Origin: Armatimonadota bacterium
GTDB taxonomy: Bacteria; Armatimonadota; UBA10988
DNA: 64,000 nt
Assembly: GCA_016235455.1 (NCBI GenBank)
Contig: JACRKZ010000166.1
Location: 12,237 to 76,236 of the forward strand
Direction of reading: 5' to 3'
Part shown: one piece after another, positions 37,066 to 47,345 of the stretch
How the letters are laid out: every line of letters begins with the position of its first letter
How positions within the stretch are numbered: the stretch's first letter is position 1
The notes under the pieces: generated by a model
The model's database searches: none
The model's input: the letters and a program-made list of their open reading frames with translations, nothing else
Told to the model about the DNA's origin: nothing
Made by a program: the position numbers and the translations under genes

Positions 37066-40000
37066 CTAGCGCGACTCCGCCCACAACTCGGCCGGGGGCT
37101 CCTTCAGCAGCCGTACCGGCCCCAGCAACCCAGACTCCCGCAAGTCGCCATAGCTGTTGTTGATCAGGTTGGCCACACGGATACGAACCGTGTTGCGGCC
37201 GGGCCGCAACACCTTGCTCACGTCGAACCGGTATGGCCCCCACAGCCGGTCGCCGACGCTCTGGCCGTTGACCCAGACCTGCGCGGCGGCCGCCACGCGG
37301 CCCAGGTCCAGGTACACCGAACCGTCGACCTTCGGCGCGTCCATCTCGCACGTGTAGTCCAGCCGGCCCGAGAAGCGCGCCAGGCCCCAGGCCTTCCAGT
37401 CCTCCAGCGGCTTGACGCAGCCGGCCAGGAGGTCGGCGGGCACGGGCTGGGGGTGTTCGAGCCGGGGCTGGTCGGCGGCAACGCAGCGCACGGTCCACGG
37501 GCCGCTGAGCTTGGCCAGCTCGGCGTCGGGCGGGCTCGGACGCGTTTCCGGCCGGCCCTGGCGCACGGTCGGGTCGAGCGAGAGCCACAGCCCTTCCAGC
37601 GGCTGCAGGACGAGCGCGACACGCGCCCCGGCGGGCGCCGCCATGGTGACCACCGAGTGCCGGCTGCCGTCCTCGGGATTCCACACGTCCGCGCCGCCGT
37701 GGAGGCCGCGGAACTGCAGCTCGAGGCGCTGTACCGAGGTGGTGTTGTTGGCCAGCCAGAATACGTCGCGCCCGCCGATGCGGCGGTGGGCCTGGAGCAG
37801 CGGGAGGGTGCCGCTGACGATGCGCACCGGAGAGCACAGCCACGCCGGCTCGCCCGCCATCAACGGCTTGACCGAGCCCGCCGACGCATGGAACGTCTTC
37901 TGCCGCCGGAGCTCGGCCATGACCAGCGCCAGCCGCGCATCACCGCCGCCGTGCTCCGCCGACGCTGTGGGCAGCTCGCCCAGTGCCACCACATGCCCGC
38001 CAGCGCGCGCAAAGGCCAGCATCTTCTCGGCCACGGCGCCGGTAATCAGGTCCAGCGGCGGCAGCACCACGGTCGAGAAGGCGAAGTCGCCGCGCCGCAG
38101 CTTGCCGTCACGGATCGTCATCTGGCCCACATAGTGCCGGTCGCCCACCAGAAACTCGATGCGGCCGGCGGCCAGCTCGTCGATGGCCTGAGCGTAGACG
38201 CGGTTGATCTCATTGATGCGTCGGCCAGCGGCGCTGGTCTCGGGCATGGACCACAGGTCCTTGTCCAGCAGCCCGGCGTTGGCATTGGCCCAGACGCTCT
38301 CCAGCGGGTTGTACAGCAGCACGTCGGGCACGGCATGGCCCACGGAGTTCAGGTAGCTCGAGCGCCGCGCGAAGTCGGCATAGTGGTGCATCATCGGGTA
38401 CATCGGGCTATCGCTGTACCAGTCGGGCATCCACGGGTTGCCATCCATCTTCCGCGCGGCGAACACGCCGTGCGGGATCTGATGGGCCACGCCCCAGGCG
38501 GTCATGGCGTTGAGCGCCTGCTTGAGGAAGGTCGGGTTGAAGGTGCCCCAGCCGCCGGCGCCCAGGACCTCGCTCATGGCCCGCGTGCCCTCGAACTCGG
38601 CCACCGACACGGCCTCCTTGAAGTCGTGGACCCGGATGGCCTTGTCGCCCAGGCAGTCCTGGCCGGGCATGGTCAGCGCGCGCAGCATCTTGAGGTGGTC
38701 GCCCACGGCGTTGAGCTGCGGCTGCAGGCCCTCTTCCCAGAAGTGCGCCGTGGTGTACATGCCGCGCTTCTCGTGCCAGTCGGTGACGGCGCGGAAGGTC
38801 GCCGCGTAGCAGTCGCTGACCGCCTCGAACCACTCGTAGCGCAGGCGCTTCTCGGCGCCGCGCGTGTCGCGATCGATCATCAACGGCATCAGCGCGCGCA
38901 TGTCCCGACCAAAGCGCTGGGCAAAGTGCCGCTCCAGCGTCTCCGACCAGGCCAGCCCGCGGCCGTAGTCGCCTTCGTTGTCGATGAAGTCGCCGGGGAT
39001 GGACCGGCCCAGCTTGTCACCGTAGCGCTTGGCATAGGGCTCCAGCGCGATCTGGGTGAAGGCCGGCGCGAGCCGCTCGTCGATGTAGTTGACGCCGCCG
39101 CCATCGACGCCCGGCGCGTGGTACTGGGTGAACACGTAGACCCGCTGGTCACCATCGGCCGGCGCCTGCCAGTCGAACGCAGCGCCGTCGCCAATGACCT
39201 TCAGCGTGCCCGCGTCGATGATTGCCGTGGCCTGCTCCTCCGACGTCGCTGCCAGGTGGTAGGGCGCCGCGGTGGATTCCCCCAGGTCGCGGACCGCCAC
39301 CCAGCCAGGCGCCGCCAGGTCGGCTCGCGGCCAGCCGGCCGGCTTGTCAAGGCGCGCGCGCCAAGTGCCGTCGGTCAGCGCACGGATCTCGCGACCGTCG
39401 GCCAGGCGCGCGGCCAGGCCGACGTTCAGGGCCGCCGGGCCATCCAGGTTGCGTGCCTCTACGGTGAGCGTGTGCCGGCCGGGCGTCAGCTTGCCGGTCA
39501 GGTCGAAGCTCTGCGGGGTCATCCACACATCGCCGCCGCCGACTTCGCGGCCGTCCAGGTACAGCTTGTAGGCGTTGTCCGCGGTGGCCTGCGCCGCGGC
39601 GGCGGTGATCGTCTGGCCCGCAGGTAGCTCGAAGCCGGTCGCGAACCACACCGTGCCTTCACTGGTCACCCTGTCGGGATGCCACACCCAGTGGCCCAGT
39701 CGAGCCGTCAGCGGCGCGGCGCCCAGCGGCTGCGCCAGGCGCGCGGCGACCGCGTAGAAGCTCTGCGGCACCTTCACTGTCTGGCCGGCACGCACGTCGA
39801 GTGTCTCGCAGGCCAGCGACGTCGCCGCCAGTTCGGGGTGCTGTTTGACCACGCGGCCGTTGGCCTGCATGCTCGGCCACCAATACTCGTCGCAGTAGCC
39901 CAGGTAAGTCTTGGCCTGCTCAGCCTGACCCAGCGCGCCCGAGAACGCAGAGAACCAGGGCTCGCCGAGCCACTGCGCGTCGGGCAGGTCGGGCGTGCCC

Positions 40001-40257
40001 ACCATCGAGCGCCGCGCGTGGGCATAGCCCGGCGCGAAGCCCTGCTCTGTCATGACTCGGGCCATCTCGGTCATCTTGGCCGTGTTCAGCGGCTCATCCC
40101 AAAACCAGAACATGAATGGCGCATAGGCCATGTCCGGGTTGGCGAAAGTCTTGGCGGCCTGGTCGAAGGTGACCTGAGGGCGCTGACCCCAGTTTGCGGG
40201 CTTGGGCTGGGCGACGGCCGCGGTGGCCACGGCCAGCGCGAAGAGCAGACGGAACAT
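37066..40257 (-). CDS. Secreted GH106-like (alpha-L-rhamnosidase-like) glycoside hydrolase with an inserted jelly roll
   Basis: PFMFWFWD, YCDEYWWPS, ATADNAYKLYLDG insert; C-terminal LDLGRV..VWVNG..WGPYRFDV..ESGLLGPV. Confidence 0.75.
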   Translation of the reverse strand: MFRLLFALAVATAAVAQPKPANWGQRPQVTFDQAAKTFANPDMAYAPFMFWFWDEPLNTAKMTEMARVMTEQGFAPGYAHARRSMVGTPDLPDAQWLGEPWFSAFSGALGQAEQAKTYLGYCDEYWWPSMQANGRVVKQHPELAATSLACETLDVRAGQTVKVPQSFYAVAARLAQPLGAAPLTARLGHWVWHPDRVTSEGTVWFATGFELPAGQTITAAAAQATADNAYKLYLDGREVGGGDVWMTPQSFDLTGKLTPGRHTLTVEARNLDGPAALNVGLAARLADGREIRALTDGTWRARLDKPAGWPRADLAAPGWVAVRDLGESTAAPYHLAATSEEQATAIIDAGTLKVIGDGAAFDWQAPADGDQRVYVFTQYHAPGVDGGGVNYIDERLAPAFTQIALEPYAKRYGDKLGRSIPGDFIDNEGDYGRGLAWSETLERHFAQRFGRDMRALMPLMIDRDTRGAEKRLRYEWFEAVSDCYAATFRAVTDWHEKRGMYTTAHFWEEGLQPQLNAVGDHLKMLRALTMPGQDCLGDKAIRVHDFKEAVSVAEFEGTRAMSEVLGAGGWGTFNPTFLKQALNAMTAWGVAHQIPHGVFAARKMDGNPWMPDWYSDSPMYPMMHHYADFARRSSYLNSVGHAVPDVLLYNPLESVWANANAGLLDKDLWSMPETSAAGRRINEINRVYAQAIDELAAGRIEFLVGDRHYVGQMTIRDGKLRRGDFAFSTVVLPPLDLITGAVAEKMLAFARAGGHVVALGELPTASAEHGGGDARLALVMAELRRQKTFHASAGSVKPLMAGEPAWLCSPVRIVSGTLPLLQAHRRIGGRDVFWLANNTTSVQRLELQFRGLHGGADVWNPEDGSRHSVVTMAAPAGARVALVLQPLEGLWLSLDPTVRQGRPETRPSPPDAELAKLSGPWTVRCVAADQPRLEHPQPVPADLLAGCVKPLEDWKAWGLARFSGRLDYTCEMDAPKVDGSVYLDLGRVAAAAQVWVNGQSVGDRLWGPYRFDVSKVLRPGRNTVRIRVANLINNSYGDLRESGLLGPVRLLKEPPAELWAESR

Positions 40258-40438
40258 GGCAGGCTCCCACGGCCGAGCCACAGGCCTCGGCGCGTCCCAC
40301 ATCGGTCGATGCCACCGTGTTCGTCGCGCTGGCCGCCGCACCTCCGCCACGCGCAGGAGCCAGCCGCCGCGCCGCGAAGCATGGGGCGCCGCGCCGCGAC
40401 AGCGGCCGGCGCCACAGGCGATGAGTCGGCGCCCAGCG

Positions 40439-40475
40439 AGGTAAGTAAGCGCTCATTCACCTGTTCTGCTACACT
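40439..40475 (+). promoter_or_regulatory. TetR-type operator-like dyad plus extended -10 of the efflux operon
   Basis: aggtaagtaAGCGCTcattcacct (18/24 self-complementary), followed by TG-C-TACACT. Confidence 0.5.
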
Positions 40476-40516
40476 CGGCGGGCGGCCCGGTCACACTGGG
40501 TCCAGAGAACGATGAC

Positions 40517-42559
40517 ATGAAGCATCCTGCCATCAAGCGTATCGCTATCGTGCTGCTCCTGGTCGGCGTCGGGTTGGTGGTCAACCGCGTGCGTCATCCG
40601 CGCGAGGATCCCACGCTGGTCAAGGGCAGCGGCACGGTCGAAGCCACGGAGATTGGTGTGGCCTCGCAGGCCACGGGTCGCATCGACAAGCTGTTGGTGG
40701 CCGAAGGCGACGCCGTGACCGAGGGTCAGGTGCTGGCTCAGCTGAGCGCCGATGCGCTGAGCGCCGACCACGAGCGCACGGAGGCGGCGGCCTTCTCGGC
40801 GCGCATGAGGCTGGCCAACCTGGCGCGCGGCAGCCGCTCGGAGGAAGTCCGGGCCCGCGCCGCCGCGTTGTCGGAGGCGCTGGCCAACGTGCAGGGCGCG
40901 CGGCGACAGATGGCCAATGCGCGGGATGCCTACCAGCGCCCGCCCGACCTGCGGGCCGCTTACGACACGGCGCACACGCAGGTGCGGGCCAGCGGCGCGC
41001 AGCTCGACCAGGCGCGAGCCCAGTTGGCCGAGGCCAAGGCCGGCGCGCGGCCCGAGGAGCTGAGCGCTACGCGCGCGGCGCGCGCCGCCGCAGGTTCGGC
41101 GGCCGTGGGTGCCGGCGCGGCGGTGGACCAGGCTGACGCTGCCCGGCGCGCGGCGGCCGCGCAGTTGGCCGAGGCCGACGCCGCGATCAAGGGCGCCCAG
41201 GCCGATCTGGCCCAAGCCCAGGAGATTCTGGCCCAGCGTAGCGCCGCCACGACGCAAGTCGCCGCGGCGACGTTGCAGCTGGAGAGCGCGCAGGCGGCGC
41301 AGGCGGCGGCGCAGGCGCGCCGCGACACCGTGGAGTCGCCGCCGCGACCCGACCGGCGCGACCAGGCCGAGCAGGCCCTGAGCCAGGCCCGCGCGGCGCA
41401 GGCGTTGGCTGAGGCCGAGGCCAAGCGCCAGCGCAACCTGTTCGAGCAAGGCGCGATCAGCCGGCGCATTCTGGACCAGGCCAGCACGACGCTGGACCAG
41501 GCCCGCGCCGCCACGAAGTCGGCCGAAGCCGGGCTGCGCGATCTCGATGCCGGTGCGCGCGACAGCGAACGCCGTGAGGCCAGCGCCTCGCTGACCGGCG
41601 CGCAGGCGGGCGTACGCGGCGCCGAGGCGGCCCTGGCCAACGCCAAGCACGAGCAGGCTATCGCCGTGGCCGCCGCGCAGCAGGCGGTCGAGCGCGCCAA
41701 GGCGACGCTGGCCGGGGCCAACGAACGCCGCGCGCAGGCGGTGGCCAACCAGGACCAGTCGGCCGACCGACTGCGCGGCTCACGCGCCACGGCCGAGCAG
41801 GCCAAGGCCCAGAGCGAGCAAAGCCAGGCCGCGCTGGACCTGGCGTTGGCCGGCACGCGCGCCGAGCGTCTGGCGCAGAGCAGCGCCGCCGTGCGCACCG
41901 CCGAGGCCCAGAGCGCCGGCGCCCAGGTGGCGTTGAGCAATGCCGAGCGGGCCTACCAGGACCGCTTCACCTATCGCGCCAACCTGCTGGCCGCGGAGCA
42001 GTCGGCCAGCGCCGCGGCGGCACGGGTCGACCAGGCCCAGGCGCAACTGGACCTGGCGCTCGCGGGCAACACCTCCGAGGTGATCGAAGCGGCGCGCGGT
42101 GAGCTGAACCAGGCCACCGCCGCGGAGAAGACGGCCAAGGCCCGGCTGGACGACACGGTCATCCGCGCGCCGGCCACGGGCACGGTGAGCGAGCTGATCC
42201 TGCGCCAGGGCGAGGCCTGTACGCCGGGCTCCGTCGTGGTGCGCATGCTGGACCTGGCGCACTTGTGGGTGCGGGTCTATCTGCCGACGACGGCGTTCAC
42301 CAAGGTCAAGCGCGGTCAGGACGTCGACGTGCTGGCGGACGCCTTCGCCAAGCCCGTGCGTGGCCAGGCCAGCCGCCGGTTCGCCGGCCGGGTGCTGACC
42401 GTCAGCGACCAGGCCGAGTTCACGCCGAAGAACGCGCAGACCGTGGAGGAGCGGGTCAAGCAGGTGTTCTGGGTCAAGATCGATGTGGGCGACGGCCAAG
42501 GGTTGCTCAAGCCGGGCATTCCCGTGGACGTGCGGCTGCGCGTGGGTCAGGGCGGCTGA
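40517..42559 (+). CDS. HlyD/YbhG-like membrane fusion protein with an unusually long coiled coil
   Basis: N-terminal TM; SGTVEA..GRIDKLLVAEGDAV lipoyl half; about 490 aa Ala/Gln-rich helix; IRAPATGTV..GE; AEFTPKNAQTVEERVKQVF. Confidence 0.9.
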   Translation: MKHPAIKRIAIVLLLVGVGLVVNRVRHPREDPTLVKGSGTVEATEIGVASQATGRIDKLLVAEGDAVTEGQVLAQLSADALSADHERTEAAAFSARMRLANLARGSRSEEVRARAAALSEALANVQGARRQMANARDAYQRPPDLRAAYDTAHTQVRASGAQLDQARAQLAEAKAGARPEELSATRAARAAAGSAAVGAGAAVDQADAARRAAAAQLAEADAAIKGAQADLAQAQEILAQRSAATTQVAAATLQLESAQAAQAAAQARRDTVESPPRPDRRDQAEQALSQARAAQALAEAEAKRQRNLFEQGAISRRILDQASTTLDQARAATKSAEAGLRDLDAGARDSERREASASLTGAQAGVRGAEAALANAKHEQAIAVAAAQQAVERAKATLAGANERRAQAVANQDQSADRLRGSRATAEQAKAQSEQSQAALDLALAGTRAERLAQSSAAVRTAEAQSAGAQVALSNAERAYQDRFTYRANLLAAEQSASAAAARVDQAQAQLDLALAGNTSEVIEAARGELNQATAAEKTAKARLDDTVIRAPATGTVSELILRQGEACTPGSVVVRMLDLAHLWVRVYLPTTAFTKVKRGQDVDVLADAFAKPVRGQASRRFAGRVLTVSDQAEFTPKNAQTVEERVKQVFWVKIDVGDGQGLLKPGIPVDVRLRVGQGG

Positions 42560-43482
42560 TGCAGGCCGTCAGCGTCACCGGGCTCAGTCGCCACTACGGC
42601 ACCACGCGGGCCGTGGACGACGTGAGCTTCGAGGTGGCCAGCGGCGAGATCTTCGGCATCGTCGGCCCTGACGGCGCCGGCAAGACCACGCTCATGCGGC
42701 TGCTGGCGGGCATCGTCACGCCCACGTCCGGCGGCGCCATGGTCGCCGGGTGCGACGTGGTGGCCGATCCCGAGGCCGTCAAGCAGCGCATCGGCTACCT
42801 GTCCCAGGTCTTCTCGCTGTACCGTGATCTGACGATCGGAGAGAACATCGACTTCGTGGCCGACCTCTACAGCGAGGACCTGGTCCGCGCGGGCGAAGCC
42901 AAGGCCCGCATGTTGGCCATGACCGGCCTGGCGCCGTTCGTCGACCGCCAGGCGGGCCGGTTGTCGGGCGGCATGAAACAGAAGCTGGGTCTGATGTGCG
43001 CGCTGATTCACCGGCCCACGGTTCTGCTGCTGGATGAGCCGACGACGGGTGTCGACCCGCTCTCACGGCGCGACTTCTGGCGCATTCTGGCCGACCTGCC
43101 GAGCCAGGGCGTGACCATTGTGCTCAGCTCGCCGTACATGGACGAAGCGTCACGCTGCCATCGGCTGGCGCTCATGGACCATGGTCGCGTGCTGGCGGTG
43201 GGCAGCGCCGCCGAGCTGGCCGCGCGGGTCAGCGGCCAGATGGTCGAGGTGGTCACACCCGACCCGCGTGGCGCGCTGCGCGTGCTGGAGGGCCTGCCGG
43301 GCCTGCTCAGCGCCACGCCGTTTGGCGATGCGCTGCATGTGCGGCTGGACGGCGACGACGCCGTGGCGCGGGTGAGCGCGGTGTTGGCCGGCGCCGGCGT
43401 GGTGTTCAGTGAAGCCCGCCCGGCCGAGGCCAGCCTGGAAGACGCCTTCATCGACCTCGTGGGCCGGGGGGAGACGGCATGA
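42559..43482 (+). CDS. ABC ATP-binding protein (YbhF N-half-like)
   Basis: GPDGAGKTT, LSGGMKQKL and LDEPTTGVDP; TGATG coupling with the upstream gene. Confidence 0.93.
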   Translation: MQAVSVTGLSRHYGTTRAVDDVSFEVASGEIFGIVGPDGAGKTTLMRLLAGIVTPTSGGAMVAGCDVVADPEAVKQRIGYLSQVFSLYRDLTIGENIDFVADLYSEDLVRAGEAKARMLAMTGLAPFVDRQAGRLSGGMKQKLGLMCALIHRPTVLLLDEPTTGVDPLSRRDFWRILADLPSQGVTIVLSSPYMDEASRCHRLALMDHGRVLAVGSAAELAARVSGQMVEVVTPDPRGALRVLEGLPGLLSATPFGDALHVRLDGDDAVARVSAVLAGAGVVFSEARPAEASLEDAFIDLVGRGETA

Positions 43483-44420
43483 GCGAGCCAGCCCCGGCCA
43501 TCGTGGTGCGCGACCTGGTCAAGCGCTTCGGCGCCTTCGCCGCGGTGGACCACGTCTCGCTGAGCGTCGCGCGCGGCGAGGTATTCGGCTTCCTCGGGCC
43601 CAACGGCTGCGGCAAGTCGACCACCATCCGCATGATCTGCGGGCTGCTGGGGCCGACCAGCGGCAGCATCGAGGTGGCCGGCCTGGATGTGCGCACCCAT
43701 GCCGAGCAGATCCGCGCGCGGGTGGGGTACGTGGCGCAGTTCTTCAACCTGTACCGCGACCTGACGGTCTATGAGAACCTGACCTTCTACGGCGGGGTCT
43801 ACGGTGTGCCGCGCGCCGAGCTGCGGTCGCGCGTCGAGCACTGGTGTGAGCGGCTAGACCTGAGCCGATACGGACGGGTGCTGTCGGGCGAGCTGTCGAC
43901 CGGCGTGCAGCGCAGCCTCGCGCTGGCCGCGGCGGTGCTGCACGAGCCGGCGGTGCTGCTGCTCGACGAGCCCACCAGCGGCGTTGACCCCATTGCGCGG
44001 CGTGCCTTCTTCGATGTCATCGGCGAACTGGCCGACGGCGGCACCAGCATCCTGGTCACCACGCACGTCATGGACGAAGCGGACCGCTGCGGGCGGCTGG
44101 CGCTGATGGATCGCGGCAAGCTGGTGGCCGAAGGCACGCCCAGTGAGATCCGCGCCATGGGCGGCACCGACATCTGGCAGGTGTCGGCCGACCCGCCCAG
44201 CCGCGCGCTGACGCTGGCCGAGCAGCATCCGGGCGTCGACGCGCCGGCGCTGTTTGGCACGCGGCTGCAGTTCAGGGTGAGCGACGGCACCACCGCGGTT
44301 GCCGTGGCGCAGTGGCTGCGCGACCAGGGCGTGACCTGCGATGAGCCGCGGCCGGTGCGCGCCACCATCGAGCACGCCTTCCTGCAACTGCTGCGCCGGG
44401 ACGACGGAGACAACGAATGA
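43479..44420 (+). CDS. ABC ATP-binding protein (YbhF C-half-like)
   Basis: [25 protein letters not shown] and TTHVMDEA. Confidence 0.93.
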   Translation: MSEPAPAIVVRDLVKRFGAFAAVDHVSLSVARGEVFGFLGPNGCGKSTTIRMICGLLGPTSGSIEVAGLDVRTHAEQIRARVGYVAQFFNLYRDLTVYENLTFYGGVYGVPRAELRSRVEHWCERLDLSRYGRVLSGELSTGVQRSLALAAAVLHEPAVLLLDEPTSGVDPIARRAFFDVIGELADGGTSILVTTHVMDEADRCGRLALMDRGKLVAEGTPSEIRAMGGTDIWQVSADPPSRALTLAEQHPGVDAPALFGTRLQFRVSDGTTAVAVAQWLRDQGVTCDEPRPVRATIEHAFLQLLRRDDGDNE

Positions 44421-45547
44421 GGCGCACCCGCGCCATCGCGCGCAAGGAGTGGATCCACATCCTGCGGGACAAGCGCAGCCTGGCGGCGGTGCTGACGCTG
44501 CCCGTCGTGCTGGTGCTGCTCTATGGGTACGCGGTCAACTTCGACCTCAACGCGCTGTCGTTTGCCCTGGTGGACGACGACCACAGCGCCGCCTCGCGCC
44601 ACTTGGCCGAGAACCTGAGCGGGGTGCGGCCGTTCGTCTTCAAGGGCACGCTGGCCAACGCCGCCGAGGCCGATAGCGTTTTCCAGCGCGGCATCGCACG
44701 CGTGGTGGTGGTCGTGCCGGCGGGCTTCGAGCGGCTGCTCGACAGCGGCCGGCCGTCGCCGGTGCAGGTGCTCGTCGATGGCTCCGAAGGCACCATCGCC
44801 ACCATTGCCCAGACCTACACGGTCGGCGCGATCAGTACGCTCGGCCGCACACTGACCAAGGCACAGGCCCAAGGTCGCGGCATCTCCAAGCGGTTGCTCG
44901 AGCCGGCCATCGATGTGCGCGTGCGCGTGCTGTACAACCCCGACCTGCTCAGCCGCATGTTCCTCGTGCCGGGCCTCATCGGCATCATCCTGATGATGCT
45001 CGCGGCACTGCTCACCTCGGGCATCATCGTGCGCGAGCGGGAGAGCGGCACGTTTGAGCTGCTGGCGGCCAGCCCCATCGGGCCGATGGAACTGCTGGTG
45101 GGCAAGATGCTGCCCTACCTGATCATCGGCGCGGCCGATGTGGTGGTGGCGGTGGGCATGGGCTGGGCGGTGTTCGGTGTGGAGCCCAAGGGCAGCCTGC
45201 TGCTCCTCTTCGCACTGTCGCTGGTCTACGTGCTGGCCAGCTCGGCCATTGGGCTGTTCTTCTCGTGCGTGGCGCGCAGCCAGCAGACGGCGATGATGAT
45301 GGCCTTCGTGGCCACCGTCATCCCGACCATGATCCTCTCGGGCTTCGCCTTCCCGGTGCGCAACATCCCGCTGGTGCTGCAGGGCCTGTCGCAGATGCTG
45401 CCGGCCACGCACTACATCGCGATCGCCCGCGGCATCATCCTCAAAGGCATCGGCCTGGGACCCATCTGGTGGCATGGCCTGGCCCTGGCGCTGCTGACCG
45501 TGTTCTGGATGCGGCTGGCGCTGCGCAAGTTCAGCAAGACGCTCTGA
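44417..45547 (+). CDS. ABC-2 permease (YbhS-like)
   Basis: RKEWIHILRD, YNPDL..FLVPG and RERESGTFELL. Confidence 0.92.
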   Translation: MRRTRAIARKEWIHILRDKRSLAAVLTLPVVLVLLYGYAVNFDLNALSFALVDDDHSAASRHLAENLSGVRPFVFKGTLANAAEADSVFQRGIARVVVVVPAGFERLLDSGRPSPVQVLVDGSEGTIATIAQTYTVGAISTLGRTLTKAQAQGRGISKRLLEPAIDVRVRVLYNPDLLSRMFLVPGLIGIILMMLAALLTSGIIVRERESGTFELLAASPIGPMELLVGKMLPYLIIGAADVVVAVGMGWAVFGVEPKGSLLLLFALSLVYVLASSAIGLFFSCVARSQQTAMMMAFVATVIPTMILSGFAFPVRNIPLVLQGLSQMLPATHYIAIARGIILKGIGLGPIWWHGLALALLTVFWMRLALRKFSKTL

Positions 45548-45560
45548 GGACGGAGACACC

Positions 45561-46679
45561 ATGCGGTTGCGCTATCTGCTGGTCAAGGAGCTGCTCCAGA
45601 TGCGGCGTAACCCGGCCATGCTGCGCATGGCTGTGTTCATGCCCATCATGCAGACGCTGCTGCTGTCCTTCGCGGCCAACATGGACGTGACCAACGTGCC
45701 GCTGACCATCTGGGACGCCGACCGCAGCCCGCAGAGCCGGGCGCTGGTGCAGATGGTCGGCTCCTCCAACGCCTTTGTCCTGAAGGGCTACCGCATGTCG
45801 CCCGAGGAGCTGGAGCACGACCTGGACTCGGCGCGGGCCTCGCTGTGTCTGGTCATCCCCGCCGGATTCGCGCGCGACGTGGAGCGTGGCGAGGCGACGC
45901 TGCAGGTGCTGGTCGACGGCACGGAATCCACGACCACGACCGTGGCCGCGGCCTACATCGCGCAGATGGCGGGCGACTTTGGCGCGCAGGTGCAGCGCAA
46001 GCTCGTGGCGCGGCGTGGCTTGCACCTCAACCTGGGCCAGATCACGCCCGTGCCGCGCGTGCTCTACAACCCCGACGCGCGCACGCTGTGGTTCATGGCG
46101 CCGGCCATCATGGCGCTCGTGCTGACCACGCTCATGCAGAACATCACCGCCCTGTCCATCGCTCGTGAGCGCGAACTGGGCACGCTGGAGCAGTTGGTGA
46201 TGACGCCGGTGCGGCCCGCGGAGATCCTGCTGGGCAAGCTGGTGCCCGTGGGGGTGATTGGTCTGTTCGACGCCGGCCTGGTCAGTGTCATCGTGGTGCA
46301 TGCGCTGCATGTGCCGTTTCGCGGCAGCGTGGCGCTGCTGGCCCTGGCCACGATCATCTTCTTGTTCGCCGTGCTCGGGTTGGGGTTGCTCGTGTCCACC
46401 GTGTCGCACAATCAGCAGCAGGCGCAGCTGACCAACTTCTTCCTGTCGTACCCCTCGATGCTGCTGTCGGGCTTCATCTTCCCCGTGTGGAACCTGCCGG
46501 CCCCGCTGCAGCCGGTCAGTCGGCTGGTGCCGATGACGCATTTCCTGGAGATCACGCGCGGCGTGTTTCTACGGGGCTCCGACGCCTCCGCGCTGGCCGG
46601 CCATCTGGCGTGGATGGCCGGCCTGGCGACTGCATTCTTCGTCGTGGGCGCCTTGCGCTTCCACAAGCGACTCGACTGA
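45561..46679 (+). CDS. ABC-2 permease (YbhR-like)
   Basis: KELLQMRRN, YNP, RERELGTLEQLVMTP and LLSGFIFP. Confidence 0.92.
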   Translation: MRLRYLLVKELLQMRRNPAMLRMAVFMPIMQTLLLSFAANMDVTNVPLTIWDADRSPQSRALVQMVGSSNAFVLKGYRMSPEELEHDLDSARASLCLVIPAGFARDVERGEATLQVLVDGTESTTTTVAAAYIAQMAGDFGAQVQRKLVARRGLHLNLGQITPVPRVLYNPDARTLWFMAPAIMALVLTTLMQNITALSIARERELGTLEQLVMTPVRPAEILLGKLVPVGVIGLFDAGLVSVIVVHALHVPFRGSVALLALATIIFLFAVLGLGLLVSTVSHNQQQAQLTNFFLSYPSMLLSGFIFPVWNLPAPLQPVSRLVPMTHFLEITRGVFLRGSDASALAGHLAWMAGLATAFFVVGALRFHKRLD

Positions 46680-46748
46680 GCCCTCACCCGCGCCGCGCTG
46701 GCCGGCCGCTCGATCGCTCGGCGGGCCGGGCAGAACGCACACGTTGGC

Positions 46749-47207
46749 TCAATCGGCCGTGGGCGGGGTGGGGGCCGTGTCGCCAACCGGGCCGAGCTTG
46801 CGCAGGTAGACCCAGCCGCGCTGTGGATAGGTGGTGCGGCCGGTCCGCGCACCGATCCAATCGGCTACCTTCTGCGAGGTCCACTTGCCGCCGCCGGGCG
46901 GCGCCTGGTGCAGTGCCGCAGCCAGTTCGGCCTGTTGCGCGGGTGACAGCATGGGCGTGGCGCCGGGGTTGGCGTGGCGCCGGTCGGTCAGACAGCCGGG
47001 GCCGTTCTCGTTGTACTCATGCACCAAACGGCGGACCCAAGGGATCGAATACCCGGTCGTCTCGGCTACTTTGCGCGTGGACGAGCCGCTCGACATCAGA
47101 AAGATGACCTGATAGCGGAGACGCTCGACGGGATCTCTGCTGGCACGGAATCTGCTTTCCAGTTCGTCTGGCGTCAAATGCGGCTTCACAATCGGACGTC
47201 GCGGCAT
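46749..47207 (-). mobile_element. IS630-family OrfA-like winged-HTH protein without a DDE partner (IS remnant or domesticated)
   Basis: HLTPDEL..RDPVERLRYQVI..WVRRLVHEYNENGP..DRRHANPG..PPGGGKWTSQKVADWI..QRGWVYLRKLG, then an early stop. Confidence 0.7.
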
Positions 47208-47345
47208 GTGGGATCCTCCTACCCAGGCCGACAGGGGCACGCTACGGTCCCCGCAGGTCGGTATTATTGCCCACGCACCGCGGATTACGGGATACGTTGA
47301 ATTCACATAGGCGACATGTTCGGCCAGGAGCCGACTCGTCGGCGT

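Noticed and set aside
46680-47345. Complete IS630 element
   Set aside because: No DDE domain seen downstream of the HTH ORF and no convincing terminal inverted repeats.
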